A program made the translations under genes and the position numbers. Below are positions 9,186 through 20,193 of a DNA stretch of 64,000 nucleotides, piece by piece. The stretch is from assembly GCA_001830425.1 (NCBI GenBank), contig MIAA01000016.1:236015-300014 (forward strand), in the 5' to 3' direction. This DNA is from Rhodospirillales bacterium RIFCSPLOWO2_02_FULL_58_16 (GTDB lineage: Bacteria > Pseudomonadota > Alphaproteobacteria > Rhodospirillales > 2-02-FULL-58-16). Every line of letters starts with the position of its first letter. Within the stretch, counting starts at the first letter, position 1. A model generated the notes under the pieces. That model had not been told where the DNA came from and did not search any database. It saw only the letters and a program-made list of their open reading frames with translations.

Positions 9186-9200
9186 AATTTTTCATTTTTT
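9163..9200 (+). terminator. probable rho-independent terminator of the bactofilin-lipoprotein unit
   Basis: A 9-bp GC-rich stem with a 5-nt loop is followed by aatttttcatttttt. Confidence 0.5.
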
Positions 9201-9213
9201 ATAATCGCCGGCA

Positions 9214-9852
9214 TCACTTCAGCGTCGCTTTGCCCGCGAATTCACAAAGGTCGTAAACGATGCAATCTTCACACAGCGGTTTGCGGGCCTTGCAGACGTA
9301 ACGACCGTGAAGAACCAGCCAATGATGGGCATGCGGTTTCCACTCTTCCGGCGTCAGCCTTTCCAGCTCCCGCTCCACCGCCGCCGGCGTTTTGCCGGGG
9401 GCCAGACCGGTTCGGTTGCCGACGCGAAAGACATGAGTGTCAACGGCGATCACCGGCAGGCCGAAGGCTACATTCAACACCACGTTGGCGGTCTTGCGCC
9501 CGACTCCGGGCAGGGCTTCGAGAGCCTCGCGGTTCCGAGGCACTCGGCCGTCATATTGATCGGCCAGAACGGCGCTGAGAGCGATGATGTTCCCGGCCTT
9601 GTTGTTGTAAAGGCCGATGGTCTTGATGAAATCCTTAAGCCGCGATTCGCCTAACGCCAGCATCTTTTTCGGCGTATCGGCGACGGGAAACAGCGCCGCC
9701 GTCGCCTTGTTGACGCCTTTATCGGTGGACTGGGCCGACAACACCGCCGCCACCAGCAAGGTATAAGGATTTGTGTAATCCAACTCGCTTTTGGGATCGG
9801 GGTTAGCCGTGGACAGCCGGCGGTAAAACTGATCGATGTCGGCGCGGTTCAT
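9214..9852 (-). CDS. nth: endonuclease III
   Basis: HhH-GPD pattern and the C-terminal 4Fe-4S cluster Cys motif (C.ARKP.C..C). I chose the start at MNRADID (9852) to avoid overlapping dapB. The ORF is open to 9924. Confidence 0.93.
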   Translation of the reverse strand: MNRADIDQFYRRLSTANPDPKSELDYTNPYTLLVAAVLSAQSTDKGVNKATAALFPVADTPKKMLALGESRLKDFIKTIGLYNNKAGNIIALSAVLADQYDGRVPRNREALEALPGVGRKTANVVLNVAFGLPVIAVDTHVFRVGNRTGLAPGKTPAAVERELERLTPEEWKPHAHHWLVLHGRYVCKARKPLCEDCIVYDLCEFAGKATLK

Positions 9853-9866
9853 CGGGAAACGGCTTT

Positions 9867-10664
9867 TCAGAATCCCAAAACATTGCGCATGGAATAAAGC
9901 CCCGGCGGGCGGCCCTTGGTCCACAACGCCGCCTTGACGGCGCCGCCGGCGAAGATGGTGCGCGACGATGCCTTGTGGGTGAGTTCGATGCGCTCGCCTT
10001 CGGCGGCGAAGATGACCGTATGATCGCCGACCACGTCACCGCCCCGCAGCGTTGCGAAACCGATCTCTCCCCGGTTGCGGTCTCCGGTATGGCCGTCGCG
10101 CACCCGCCGCGACACCATGTTCAGATCAACGCCCCGGCCTTCGGCGGCGGCAGACCCCAGGGCCAAGGCCGTTCCCGACGGCGCATCCACCTTATGGCGA
10201 TGGTGCATTTCCACTATTTCGATGTCGTAATTATCGCCGAGAACGGCGGCGACGCGCTCGGTCAATCCCAGCAACAGATTAACGCCGACGCTCATGTTGG
10301 CGGCCTGTACGATAACGCATGACCCGGCGGCCCGGCGCAGGGCGTCCTGGTGTTTTGCCTCCAGGCCGGTGGCGCCGACGATCAACGCCGTTTTGTGGTC
10401 GGCGGCGAGGGCGGCGTTGGCGGCGGCGACGGCGGGAGTGGTGAAATCGATGACGGCGTCGGCGGCGGCAAACAGCGCTGCCGCATCTTCTCCCACCGGC
10501 AGTCCCAGCGCCCCGACTCCGATCAGTTCCCCGATGTCCTGACCGATGAATTCACTGCCCGCCTGCTCGGTTCCTCCCAATAACCGGCAGTTGTCGGCGG
10601 CCAGGACCTCGGCGACCAACATGCGGCCCATGCGACCGGCGCACCCGATTATTCCGATCCTCAT
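9867..10664 (-). CDS. dapB: 4-hydroxy-tetrahydrodipicolinate reductase
   Basis: MRIGIIGCAGRMG Rossmann N-terminus and 'E.HH..K.DAPSGTA'. GGAGGAG lies 5 nt upstream of the ATG at 10664. Confidence 0.93.
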   Translation of the reverse strand: MRIGIIGCAGRMGRMLVAEVLAADNCRLLGGTEQAGSEFIGQDIGELIGVGALGLPVGEDAAALFAAADAVIDFTTPAVAAANAALAADHKTALIVGATGLEAKHQDALRRAAGSCVIVQAANMSVGVNLLLGLTERVAAVLGDNYDIEIVEMHHRHKVDAPSGTALALGSAAAEGRGVDLNMVSRRVRDGHTGDRNRGEIGFATLRGGDVVGDHTVIFAAEGERIELTHKASSRTIFAGGAVKAALWTKGRPPGLYSMRNVLGF

Positions 10665-10684
10665 GAGTTCTCCTCCCCGTTCCA

Positions 10685-11827
10685 TTAGTCGTTAATATCT
10701 TCCCACAGCTCCTTGACCTTGGAGAAGAAGCCATGAGCTTCCGGGCTGTGGGTTTCGCCGGGAGATTCTTTGGTAAATTCCTTGAGCAGCTCTTTTTGTT
10801 TGGCGGTCAGATTCACCGGCGTCTCGACGACGGTTTGAACAAACATGTCGCCGAGAACCTTGGAATTCAGAACCGACATGCCTTTGCTTTTGAGACGGAA
10901 CTGTTGCCCGGTTTGAGTCCCCGGCGGGATGGCGACCCGAGCGCGGTTGCCCTGGATGGTCGGCACCTCAATGGAGCCTCCGAGCGCCGCCGTCGACATC
11001 GGAATGGGCGCCCGGCAATAAATGTCGGCGCCGTCGCGCTGGAAAATACGATGCGGTGACACGGCCAGAAAAATGTAGAGGTCCCCGGTCGGCGCTCCCC
11101 GCAGACCGGCCTCGCCCTCGCCGGAAAGGCGAATGCGGGCGCCGTCCTCGACGCCGGGCGGGATGGCGACCGACAGAGTCTTTTCCTTTTTTACCCTTCC
11201 CGATCCGCCGCAGTTATGGCACGGCTCCTTGATGACTTTGCCGTTGCCGTGACATGACGGGCAGGTGCGTTCGACGGTGAAGAAACCGGATTGGGAGCGA
11301 ACCTTGCCGTGACCATGGCAAGTCGCGCAGGTTACCGGGGCCGAGCCGCCGGCGGCGCCGCTGCCTTTGCACTCGCCGCAGGGGATTGAGGAGGGGACGC
11401 GAATATTTGTCTTCTTGCCGGCGAAGGCTTCCTCAAGGGAGATCTGCATATTGTAGCGCAGGTCGGAGCCTCGGCTCTGCGCTCCGGGGCCGCGCCGTCC
11501 GCCGCCGTGGGCAAAGTCGCCGAACATCTCATCAAAGATATCGGCGAAGCCCGAGGCAAAGCCGTTGCCGCCGGCGCCGTGACCGCCATGACCGCCCTGT
11601 TCAAACGCGGCATGGCCGAAACGGTCATAAGCGGCGCGTTTTTGTTCATCCTTCAGGATTTCATAGGCATGGCTGATTTCTTTGAATTTCTTTTCCGCGT
11701 CCGCATCGCCGGGATTGCGATCAGGATGATGCTTCATGGCCAACGTGCGATAGGCTTTCTTTATATCGTCCGCGTCGGCGTTCCGTTTAATTCCGAGAAG
11801 CTCGTAGAAATCCGGTTTGGACATCAA
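10685..11827 (-). CDS. dnaJ: molecular chaperone DnaJ
   Basis: J domain (HPDRNPGD), G/F-rich region and four CxxCxGxG zinc-finger repeats. Confidence 0.97.
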   Translation of the reverse strand: MMSKPDFYELLGIKRNADADDIKKAYRTLAMKHHPDRNPGDADAEKKFKEISHAYEILKDEQKRAAYDRFGHAAFEQGGHGGHGAGGNGFASGFADIFDEMFGDFAHGGGRRGPGAQSRGSDLRYNMQISLEEAFAGKKTNIRVPSSIPCGECKGSGAAGGSAPVTCATCHGHGKVRSQSGFFTVERTCPSCHGNGKVIKEPCHNCGGSGRVKKEKTLSVAIPPGVEDGARIRLSGEGEAGLRGAPTGDLYIFLAVSPHRIFQRDGADIYCRAPIPMSTAALGGSIEVPTIQGNRARVAIPPGTQTGQQFRLKSKGMSVLNSKVLGDMFVQTVVETPVNLTAKQKELLKEFTKESPGETHSPEAHGFFSKVKELWEDIND

Positions 11828-11895
11828 AAAAACCTATAATAAACTGACGCGCCCGTTTCTGTCCGGGCGTTACCGGCACCCATTTTGAAAGATTA

Positions 11896-12053
11896 GAGCA
11901 TTATTCGACCAAATTGAACCATCCCCCCCCTCACCCGGCTTCGGGTAAGGCGCATCGAGCCGACGCGCCAACCCTACGCAACCCTCTCCCCCAGCAATTT
12001 GCTGGGGGAGAGGGAAGGGTGAGAGGGGCGACGCCATTTGGTCGGATAACGCT

Positions 12054-12054
<1 letters not shown>
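11896..12054. mobile_element. MITE-like nested palindromic element in the dnaK-dnaJ spacer
   Basis: Terminal inverted repeats GAGCATTATTCGACCAAAT (11896-11914) and ATTTGGTCGGATAACGCTC (12036-12054) match at 17 of 19 positions. An internal perfect 15-bp stem lies at 11982-11996/12000-12014 (CCCTCTCCCCCAGCA-att-TGCTGGGGGAGAGGG). There is also an imperfect outer CCCCTCACCC/GGGTGAGAGGGG pair. Confidence 0.55.
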
Positions 12055-13988
<1,934 letters not shown>

Positions 13989-14150
13989 ATCATTCCTCTT
14001 CTATGCTTCCGGCGGATGCTTGCGGCGCCTGAAAAGGCGCGACGCAGACTCCCCTCGTTAAATACAAACAGCCGTGCTGATTTTCGCAAGCGGGCTTCCG
14101 GCGTTATATAAGTCGATCCCCCCGTTCGCGCAACCGTCGCCGCCATCAAA

Positions 14151-14873
14151 TTATAATTCTTCATTCAATTGCGAGCCTGAAGCATTGGACTGAGCATCCG
14201 CTTGTTTCTCGTAAACCGACTGGCCCTTTGCCGACAAATCGGGGCGGATTTTTTCCATAGCTTCCCCCGGGATCGTCGCCTTGGGGCCGCCTTTTGAAAT
14301 TCCCACCCGAGCCGGGCGCAACGGGCGGTCAAACAAAAGATATCCGGTTTCCACCACCTGAACAACGGTGCCGGCAGGCTGGCCGCCGTCCTCTATCTCA
14401 AACATGGCCTCATGCAGATTAGGGTCAAATTTCTTGCCGACGGCGTCAATGGGCTTGATGCCGGCGCGCTCGAAGGTGTTCATAATTTCCCGTTCCGATA
14501 ATTCCAGGCCGACGACCAGATTCTCCAATGCGTCGCTTTCCTTGCGGGCGTCCTTATCAACGCTTCCCAGCGCCCGGCGCAGGTTGTCATTTACCTGAAG
14601 CATCTCGCGGGCAAAGCCGGCGATGGCGAATTTTGAGGCGTTCTCCCTGTCGCGCTCGGCGCGGCGACGCACATTTTCAGACTCGGCCATGGCGCGCAGA
14701 AGCTTGTCCTTGAGTTCGGCAATTTCGGCTTCCGGCTTGCCGGCGACCTCGGCATTTGCCGAATCTCCGGCGGCGGCGGCGCTTTCAGAGGCATCTTCGG
14801 CCTCGGAAATAACCGGCGATTCATTCACCTTTGCTGTCTTCTCACTGGTGTTTTCGTTTTTGTCTTCGGCCAT
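14151..14873 (-). CDS. grpE: nucleotide exchange factor GrpE
   Basis: Acidic N-terminus, coiled coil, and the 'LR..AE.EN.R.R' pattern plus the C-terminal beta domain typical of GrpE. It sits directly downstream of hrcA. Confidence 0.95.
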   Translation of the reverse strand: MAEDKNENTSEKTAKVNESPVISEAEDASESAAAAGDSANAEVAGKPEAEIAELKDKLLRAMAESENVRRRAERDRENASKFAIAGFAREMLQVNDNLRRALGSVDKDARKESDALENLVVGLELSEREIMNTFERAGIKPIDAVGKKFDPNLHEAMFEIEDGGQPAGTVVQVVETGYLLFDRPLRPARVGISKGGPKATIPGEAMEKIRPDLSAKGQSVYEKQADAQSNASGSQLNEEL

Positions 14874-14880
14874 TTAAAAG

Positions 14881-15915
14881 TTATCCTAACATACGACTGA
14901 TGAGTTTGGCGGTGTAATCGACCATGGGGATGATTCGCGCATAGTTCATGCGGGTCGGGCCGACCACTCCGATAGCGCCCACCACCTGTTGGCGGGCGTT
15001 GCTGTAAGGGCCGACGATCATCGAGCATCCGGCAAGGCCGAATAACTTGTTGTCGGCGCCGATAAAAATCTGCACCCCTTCCGCAAGTTCGGTCATCGAC
15101 AAAATCCTGATCATGGTTTCCTTGGTCTCCAGGGCGGTGAACAGGGAGCGGATATGTTCAAGATCGGCGGTGGCGGTGATATCGTCCAGCAGGTTCGCCT
15201 GGCCGCGCACGATCAGCGAGCCGCCTTTGTTGCCGCCGGCCCAGGTGGCGAGGCCGGATTCAACAACGCGGGTCGTCAGTTCGTCAAGTCGGGCGCGGTG
15301 AGCCGCAAGTTCCTTTATGATTTCGTCATGAGCCTCGCCGATGGTGCGCCCGACCAGCCGGGCGCTCAGGAAGTTGGTGGCTTCAACCAGCGCCGATGAG
15401 GGCAGCCCGGCGGGCGTTTCGATAATGCGGTTCTCGACCACGCCGTTTTCGGTAATGATGATCACCAGCGCCCGGCCCGGACTAAGGCTGACGAACTCTA
15501 TGTGGCGAAGCGGGCTGTCCGTCTTCGGCGCCAGCACCAGCCCGGCGCACCGCGACAGCCCGGAAAGCGCCGAGATGGCTTCTCCCAGCAGGCCCTCGAA
15601 ATTGGCGTCGGCGCCGGCGCAACGGCTGTTGATGTTCTTTTGCTCATCTTCGGTCAGATTGCCGACCTCAAGAATTCCATCGACAAATATTCTTAACCCG
15701 GCTTCCGTCGGCAGCCGCCCGGCGGAGGCGTGGGGCGCGTATAACAATCCCATATCCTCCAGATCGGCCATGACGTTGCGGATGGTCGCCGGGGACAGGC
15801 CCATTTTCAGCTTTCGCGACAAGGTGCGCGAGCCGATAGGCTCTCCCGTATCGACGAAGGCTTCGATGATATGCCTGAAAACTTCGCGTGATCGTTCGTT
15901 AAGTTCGGAAATCAT
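14881..15915 (-). CDS. hrcA: heat-inducible transcription repressor HrcA
   Basis: The N-terminus LNERSREVFRHIIEAFVDTGEPIGSRTLS is typical of HrcA. The hrcA-grpE order is conserved. Confidence 0.95.
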   Translation of the reverse strand: MISELNERSREVFRHIIEAFVDTGEPIGSRTLSRKLKMGLSPATIRNVMADLEDMGLLYAPHASAGRLPTEAGLRIFVDGILEVGNLTEDEQKNINSRCAGADANFEGLLGEAISALSGLSRCAGLVLAPKTDSPLRHIEFVSLSPGRALVIIITENGVVENRIIETPAGLPSSALVEATNFLSARLVGRTIGEAHDEIIKELAAHRARLDELTTRVVESGLATWAGGNKGGSLIVRGQANLLDDITATADLEHIRSLFTALETKETMIRILSMTELAEGVQIFIGADNKLFGLAGCSMIVGPYSNARQQVVGAIGVVGPTRMNYARIIPMVDYTAKLISRMLG

Positions 15916-15920
15916 GCCTG

Positions 15921-15949
15921 AATTTATGTATCCCGCCGCCCGGCGTCAA
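15921..15949 (-). promoter_or_regulatory. candidate sigma-70-type promoter of hrcA (TTGACG-17 nt-TAAATT), implying a leaderless or near-leaderless mRNA
   Basis: Read on the minus strand: -35 at 15949-15944 and -10 at 15926-15921. Only 5 nt separate the -10 from the hrcA ATG, and there is no Shine-Dalgarno sequence. Confidence 0.35.
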
Positions 15950-16014
15950 CAGAATGGCTATTGCCTGTTCTTTACGTTAGCCTACCGGCGCGATAATCAA
16001 CATAGGGATTAGTC

Positions 16015-16734
16015 ATGAGACCTTCGGGCCGCGCCGTTGACCAGCTTCGCTCCATCGTTCTGGAACCGGATTACAGCAAGTATGCCGAGGGGTCATGTAT
16101 GGCGCGCTTCGGCGACACTCATGTGTTGTGTACGGCCAGCGTCGAGCCGAAGGGGCCGCCGTGGCTGCGCAACTCCGGGCGCGGTTGGGTCACCGCCGAG
16201 TACGGCATGTTGCCCCGCGCCACCGGCTCGCGAACCGACAGAGAGGCGGCGCGCGGCAAGCAGTCGGGACGCACCCAGGAAATTCAGCGCCTCATCGGAC
16301 GATCCTTGCGCGCCGTTACCGATCTTACGGCGATGAATGAAATGCAGATCAAGGTGGACTGTGACGTTATCCAGGCCGACGGAGGCACCCGCACCGCCGC
16401 CATTACCGGGGCCTATGTGGCCCTGCACCGGGCCTTTGCCAAGGTGGTCGGTCTCGGCGTATTGAAGGCTTCGCCGCTGACCGGGCAGGTGGCGGCTGTT
16501 TCCTGCGGCGTCTACAAGGGCGCGGCGGTGCTTGATCTGGACTATGAAGAGGACAGCAACGCCGAAGCCGACGCCAATTTTGTTCTCACCGCTGTCGGCG
16601 GCATTGTCGAAATTCAGGGAACGGCGGAGACCGCGCCCTTCACCAAGGATCAATTCATCGAAATGATGTCTCTGGCCCATAAAGGCGTGGCGGAACTGGC
16701 GGCTATGCAATGCCTGGTTTTAGGGCTGAAGTAG
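16015..16734 (+). CDS. rph: ribonuclease PH
   Basis: 239 aa, with 'RPSGR...LR' and '[14 protein letters not shown]'. Confidence 0.96.
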   Translation: MRPSGRAVDQLRSIVLEPDYSKYAEGSCMARFGDTHVLCTASVEPKGPPWLRNSGRGWVTAEYGMLPRATGSRTDREAARGKQSGRTQEIQRLIGRSLRAVTDLTAMNEMQIKVDCDVIQADGGTRTAAITGAYVALHRAFAKVVGLGVLKASPLTGQVAAVSCGVYKGAAVLDLDYEEDSNAEADANFVLTAVGGIVEIQGTAETAPFTKDQFIEMMSLAHKGVAELAAMQCLVLGLK

Positions 16735-16745
16735 TCTCGCCGGCG

Positions 16746-17345
16746 ATGGCCCGCATTTTTCAAGGCGGAAAGCTGGTCATCGCCAGTCATAATCCCGGAA
16801 AGGTTCGCGAGTTTGCCGATCTGCTTGCTCCTTTCGGCGTTCAGGTAGTTTCGGCGGCCGACTTGAATCTGCCGGAACCGGAAGAAAGCGGAGAGACCTT
16901 CGTCGATAACGCCCGGATCAAGGCGCGAAGCGCGGCGCGGCTATCCGGACTGCCGGCCCTGGCCGATGATTCCGGCCTGGCGGTTACGGCGTTGGGCGGC
17001 GCTCCCGGCGTTCATTCGGCGCGCTGGGCGGGATTGAACAAGGACTTCCGGGAAGCGATGAACAGGGTGCAGGCCGCACTTGCCGGCAAGGATGACCGGA
17101 GCGCCTGTTTTGTCTGTTCCCTGGCGCTTTGCCGACCCGACGGCGTCGAAGAAACTTTCGACGGCGTTGTCCATGGCCATATAGCCCGGACGCCTCGGGG
17201 GAGCGGGGGCTTCGGTTATGATCCCATCTTTATTGCCGACGGCTGCGACATCACTTTCGCCGAGATGGAGCCACAGGAAAAACACGCCATCAGCCACCGC
17301 GCCGATGCGTTCAGCAAGCTGATCAAGGCTTGCTTCAGAGAGTAA
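16746..17345 (+). CDS. rdgB: dITP/XTP pyrophosphatase (RdgB/HAM1 family)
   Basis: '[15 protein letters not shown]', 'EE.G.TF..NA..KA' and 'GFGYDPIF'. I chose the ATG at 16746 just downstream of the rph stop. Confidence 0.92.
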   Translation: MARIFQGGKLVIASHNPGKVREFADLLAPFGVQVVSAADLNLPEPEESGETFVDNARIKARSAARLSGLPALADDSGLAVTALGGAPGVHSARWAGLNKDFREAMNRVQAALAGKDDRSACFVCSLALCRPDGVEETFDGVVHGHIARTPRGSGGFGYDPIFIADGCDITFAEMEPQEKHAISHRADAFSKLIKACFRE

Positions 17346-17351
17346 TCCGCC

Positions 17352-18494
17352 TTGGACACGGTGCTCACCATATATATTCACTGGCCGTTTTGCCGATCCA
17401 AGTGTCCATATTGCGACTTTAACAGTTATGCGGCCGCCGATGTTGACCACCCGCGCTGGCGGGCGGCGCTGTTGCGCGAACTGGATTATTTCGCCGTTGA
17501 AACGGCGGGTCGGCGGGTCGGCAGCGTTTTTTTCGGCGGCGGCACGCCATCACTGATGGCGCCGGAAACGGCGGCGGAATTGATCGCCCTCATCCGGGAG
17601 CGCCGGGGATTTAGCGAGGATGTCGAGATTACGCTTGAAGCCAACCCCACCTCGGTGGAAAGCGGACGCTTTCACGCTTTTCGCGAGGCCGGAGTCAATC
17701 GTCTGTCGCTGGGGCTACAAGCCCTTGATGACCGGGCGTTGCGCTTTCTCGGACGCGGCCACACGGCGGCGGAGGCGTTGTCCGCCCTTGATCTGGCCAA
17801 GCGGCATTTCCCCCGCGTTTCCTTTGACATGATTTACGGACGTCCGGGGCAGACGGTTTCTTCCTGGCGATCCGAGCTTGCCGAGGCGCTTGCCTTGGCC
17901 GGCGGCCACCTTTCCCTTTACCAGCTCACCGTCGAACCGGGTACGGCCTTTCAGGCAAGAGGCGTCGTTGAGACGGACGAAGAGAGCGGAGCGATGCTCT
18001 ACGAAACTACTGATGAGATGCTGAAAGCGCATGGTTTTGGGGCCTATGAAGTTTCCAACTACGCCCGGCCCGGCGAGGAGTGCCGTCACAATCTGGCCTG
18101 CTGGCAAGGCGGCGATTACCTGGGAATAGGCCCCGGCGCTCACGGCCGCCTCACGTCGGCGCGGGGGACCGAGGCCTTGGAGCAGATTGCCGCTCCCGAA
18201 CAGTGGCTTAAAATGGTGGAGGAGACCGGCTGTGGGACGGCCCATCGGAGCGTCCTTAGTCCTCATGAGCGCCGTCAGGAACTGCTTTTGTGCGGCTTGC
18301 GCCTGACCGAGGGCGTCCGCCGTGATCGATTTTTACATCTTGCGGGAATTGACCTTGAGCAGGCCGTGGACAACAACGCCCTCAGGCGGATGGTTGAAGG
18401 CGGCTTTCTGGAGATCGACGGCAAGGGCCTGCGGGCGACCGGCGCCGGACGCCTGCGCCTGAACGCCGTGCTTGCCGGTCTTTTGAGTGGTTAG
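17352..18494 (+). CDS. hemW: radical SAM family haem chaperone HemW (HemN-like)
   Basis: The CxxxCxxC motif 'CRSKCPYCDF' near the N-terminus, and the rph-rdgB-hemW order. Confidence 0.9.
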   Translation: MDTVLTIYIHWPFCRSKCPYCDFNSYAAADVDHPRWRAALLRELDYFAVETAGRRVGSVFFGGGTPSLMAPETAAELIALIRERRGFSEDVEITLEANPTSVESGRFHAFREAGVNRLSLGLQALDDRALRFLGRGHTAAEALSALDLAKRHFPRVSFDMIYGRPGQTVSSWRSELAEALALAGGHLSLYQLTVEPGTAFQARGVVETDEESGAMLYETTDEMLKAHGFGAYEVSNYARPGEECRHNLACWQGGDYLGIGPGAHGRLTSARGTEALEQIAAPEQWLKMVEETGCGTAHRSVLSPHERRQELLLCGLRLTEGVRRDRFLHLAGIDLEQAVDNNALRRMVEGGFLEIDGKGLRATGAGRLRLNAVLAGLLSG

Positions 18495-18560
18495 GGCGCG
18501 TCAGGATTGACTGGAATCGCTCAAAACCGCTGTGGGCCATGCCTTATCGTCTTTGCGAGG

Positions 18561-18660
18561 ATTGCGAGAAGCGAAGCGACGAAGCAAGACGAAGCAATCC
18601 AGAGAGCGCCACCGGCCACTGGATTGCTTCCCGTGTCGCTGACGCTCTCACGGTCGCAAT
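18561..18660. repeat. imperfect inverted-repeat element between convergent genes
   Basis: Perfect 10-bp inverted repeat GAAGCAATCC (18591-18600) / GGATTGCTTC (18621-18630) around a 20-nt loop. Outer 7-bp inverted repeat ATTGCGA (18561-18567) / TCGCAAT (18654-18660). It resembles the 'cgcaatgac...ggattgcttc' intergenic repeats I remember from other alphaproteobacteria. Confidence 0.45.
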
Positions 18661-18706
18661 GACGCCAAGGCGCGACGCGGGTGATCCTGATCGATCCTGA
18701 CGTGCT

Positions 18707-20167
18707 CTAGTTTGTCGCCTTCTCGAAGGTTTCAGGCGCTTTGTCGATAACCGTTGAATCATGACGAAGCACCTTGAGAACGGCCAGCCCCCGTTCGACG
18801 GCGCCGTTGTTGAGAAAACGGAAAATACCGTCACGGCCGAAAAACCCGCCGGGATTGGTCAACGCCCGGACGCCGAGATCGGCGCCGGCTTCGGCTTGCG
18901 CCAACCAGGCCGCCATGGCCGTAGCGTCATAGGCCAAAGTGGCAAGGCGCGGCGGCGGTTGGCCGTAGACTTCCTGGTACTGTTTCTCGAAATCAATGCG
19001 GGCCGAAGGCGGCGGCGCCGCGAACCAGGCGCCTACCAGCGCCGGCTCGGCGCCGATCTCCGGAACATCCATCCTGCCGGTGCCGAGGATATGGACTTTC
19101 GCCGGATCAATATCATAAAACGGCAGTAACGCGGCGATGGCCTGGAGTCTTTTCCCGCCGTCCGCCAGCAACAATGCCTCAAACGGCGGATCGCCGATGG
19201 TTTGCATTTTCGCCAGACGCTCAAGGGCGCGTCTGGAAATTTCATCGTCTTTTGATTCCAGCGTAGTCTTTTGATCAAGCAAGGCCCTGCGTCTTTCGTC
19301 GTAATTAGCCAATTTGCGCACGATGCCGGAGAAATCGCCGGTCTCGGGATCATAGAACTGGATTTTACTTATCCTCGCGCCATGGGTTTCGGCGGCGCGT
19401 TGCAGGGCGCTGACCACCGCTTTTCCGTTTTCGTCTTCCGGCGCCAGCGCGGCAAATGTCGTGATCCCGCGTGAGCGGGCAAAGGCGACGACCCTTTCGA
19501 CCTCGGATTCGGGATAAAAACCCATGGTGAAAACGCCCTGTCCGGCTACCGTCCGATCACTTGAGAAAGAGACCATCGGCACATTGGCGGCGCGCGCGGC
19601 GGGAGCCGCCGCTCTTACCGATGTTCTGAGCAAAGGCCCCAGAATCAGATGAGCGCCGTCACCGATGGCCGATCCCACCGCCTCGACGGCGCCTTCCGGC
19701 GTTTCCTTGGTGTCATGAATCAGCAATTCGAATTTATCATCGGCAAAAGAAAACATCGCCAGTTGGGCGGCGTTTTGCATGGCGATGCCGAGCGCGGCGC
19801 TGGGACCGGAAAGAGGCAGCAGCAACGCAACCCGCACCGTAGCCGATTTGGGCAGCGCCGTTGCCGACGCTTGTTCCGGCTCGTCCTCTTGCGGACGTTC
19901 GCGGAGAGAGGGCGCACGGTCCCGATTCGGTTCGGGAGTCGCAGACGGCGGCGCGTAAGGCGGTAATTCGGCGCGGCGCGGCTGTCCTTGATTCTCCGGC
20001 GTCGGCGGTTTCAGCGTTTCTTTCTTCTTGCCGGAAGCCTGGGAGGTCTTATCATCCTGAAATACGGATTTTTGTCGTGGAGACTCGCACCCGGCATTCA
20101 ACAGCACGACGGCAATCAGCCATGGCGCCAAAGCGTATCGCATCCGGGAAAATTTCGTATCGGTCAT
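18707..20167 (-). CDS. LpoA-like penicillin-binding-protein activator (type-1 periplasmic binding fold lipoprotein)
   Basis: Lipobox LLNAGC, a Pro-rich linker, then a LivK-like fold (VALLLPLSGP.A..G......A..LA). It is divergent from rsmI, as lpoA is in E. coli. An alternative start lies at 20143. Confidence 0.75.
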   Translation of the reverse strand: MTDTKFSRMRYALAPWLIAVVLLNAGCESPRQKSVFQDDKTSQASGKKKETLKPPTPENQGQPRRAELPPYAPPSATPEPNRDRAPSLRERPQEDEPEQASATALPKSATVRVALLLPLSGPSAALGIAMQNAAQLAMFSFADDKFELLIHDTKETPEGAVEAVGSAIGDGAHLILGPLLRTSVRAAAPAARAANVPMVSFSSDRTVAGQGVFTMGFYPESEVERVVAFARSRGITTFAALAPEDENGKAVVSALQRAAETHGARISKIQFYDPETGDFSGIVRKLANYDERRRALLDQKTTLESKDDEISRRALERLAKMQTIGDPPFEALLLADGGKRLQAIAALLPFYDIDPAKVHILGTGRMDVPEIGAEPALVGAWFAAPPPSARIDFEKQYQEVYGQPPPRLATLAYDATAMAAWLAQAEAGADLGVRALTNPGGFFGRDGIFRFLNNGAVERGLAVLKVLRHDSTVIDKAPETFEKATN

Positions 20168-20193
20168 TGACAGACCCTACTCATGTCAACGCC

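Noticed and set aside
9087-9214. 9-bp terminal inverted repeat (ATGCCGGCG / CGCCGGCAT) that would bound the 9.1-kb hairpins as a MITE
   Set aside because: The repeat is built around the self-complementary GCCGGC, which is common in GC-rich DNA. The adjoining GATTAT/ATAATC blocks are in the wrong order for a true terminal repeat, so this is likely chance.
13989-14150. Sigma-32 (RpoH) promoter upstream of dnaK
   Set aside because: A CTTG...TGTATTT arrangement exists on the minus strand. Its spacing and -10 match to the alphaproteobacterial CTTG-N17-CYTATNT consensus are poor, so I could not support a call.
18544-18834. 96-aa ORF downstream of hemW
   Set aside because: It translates the inverted-repeat element and overlaps the 3' end of the LpoA-like gene.
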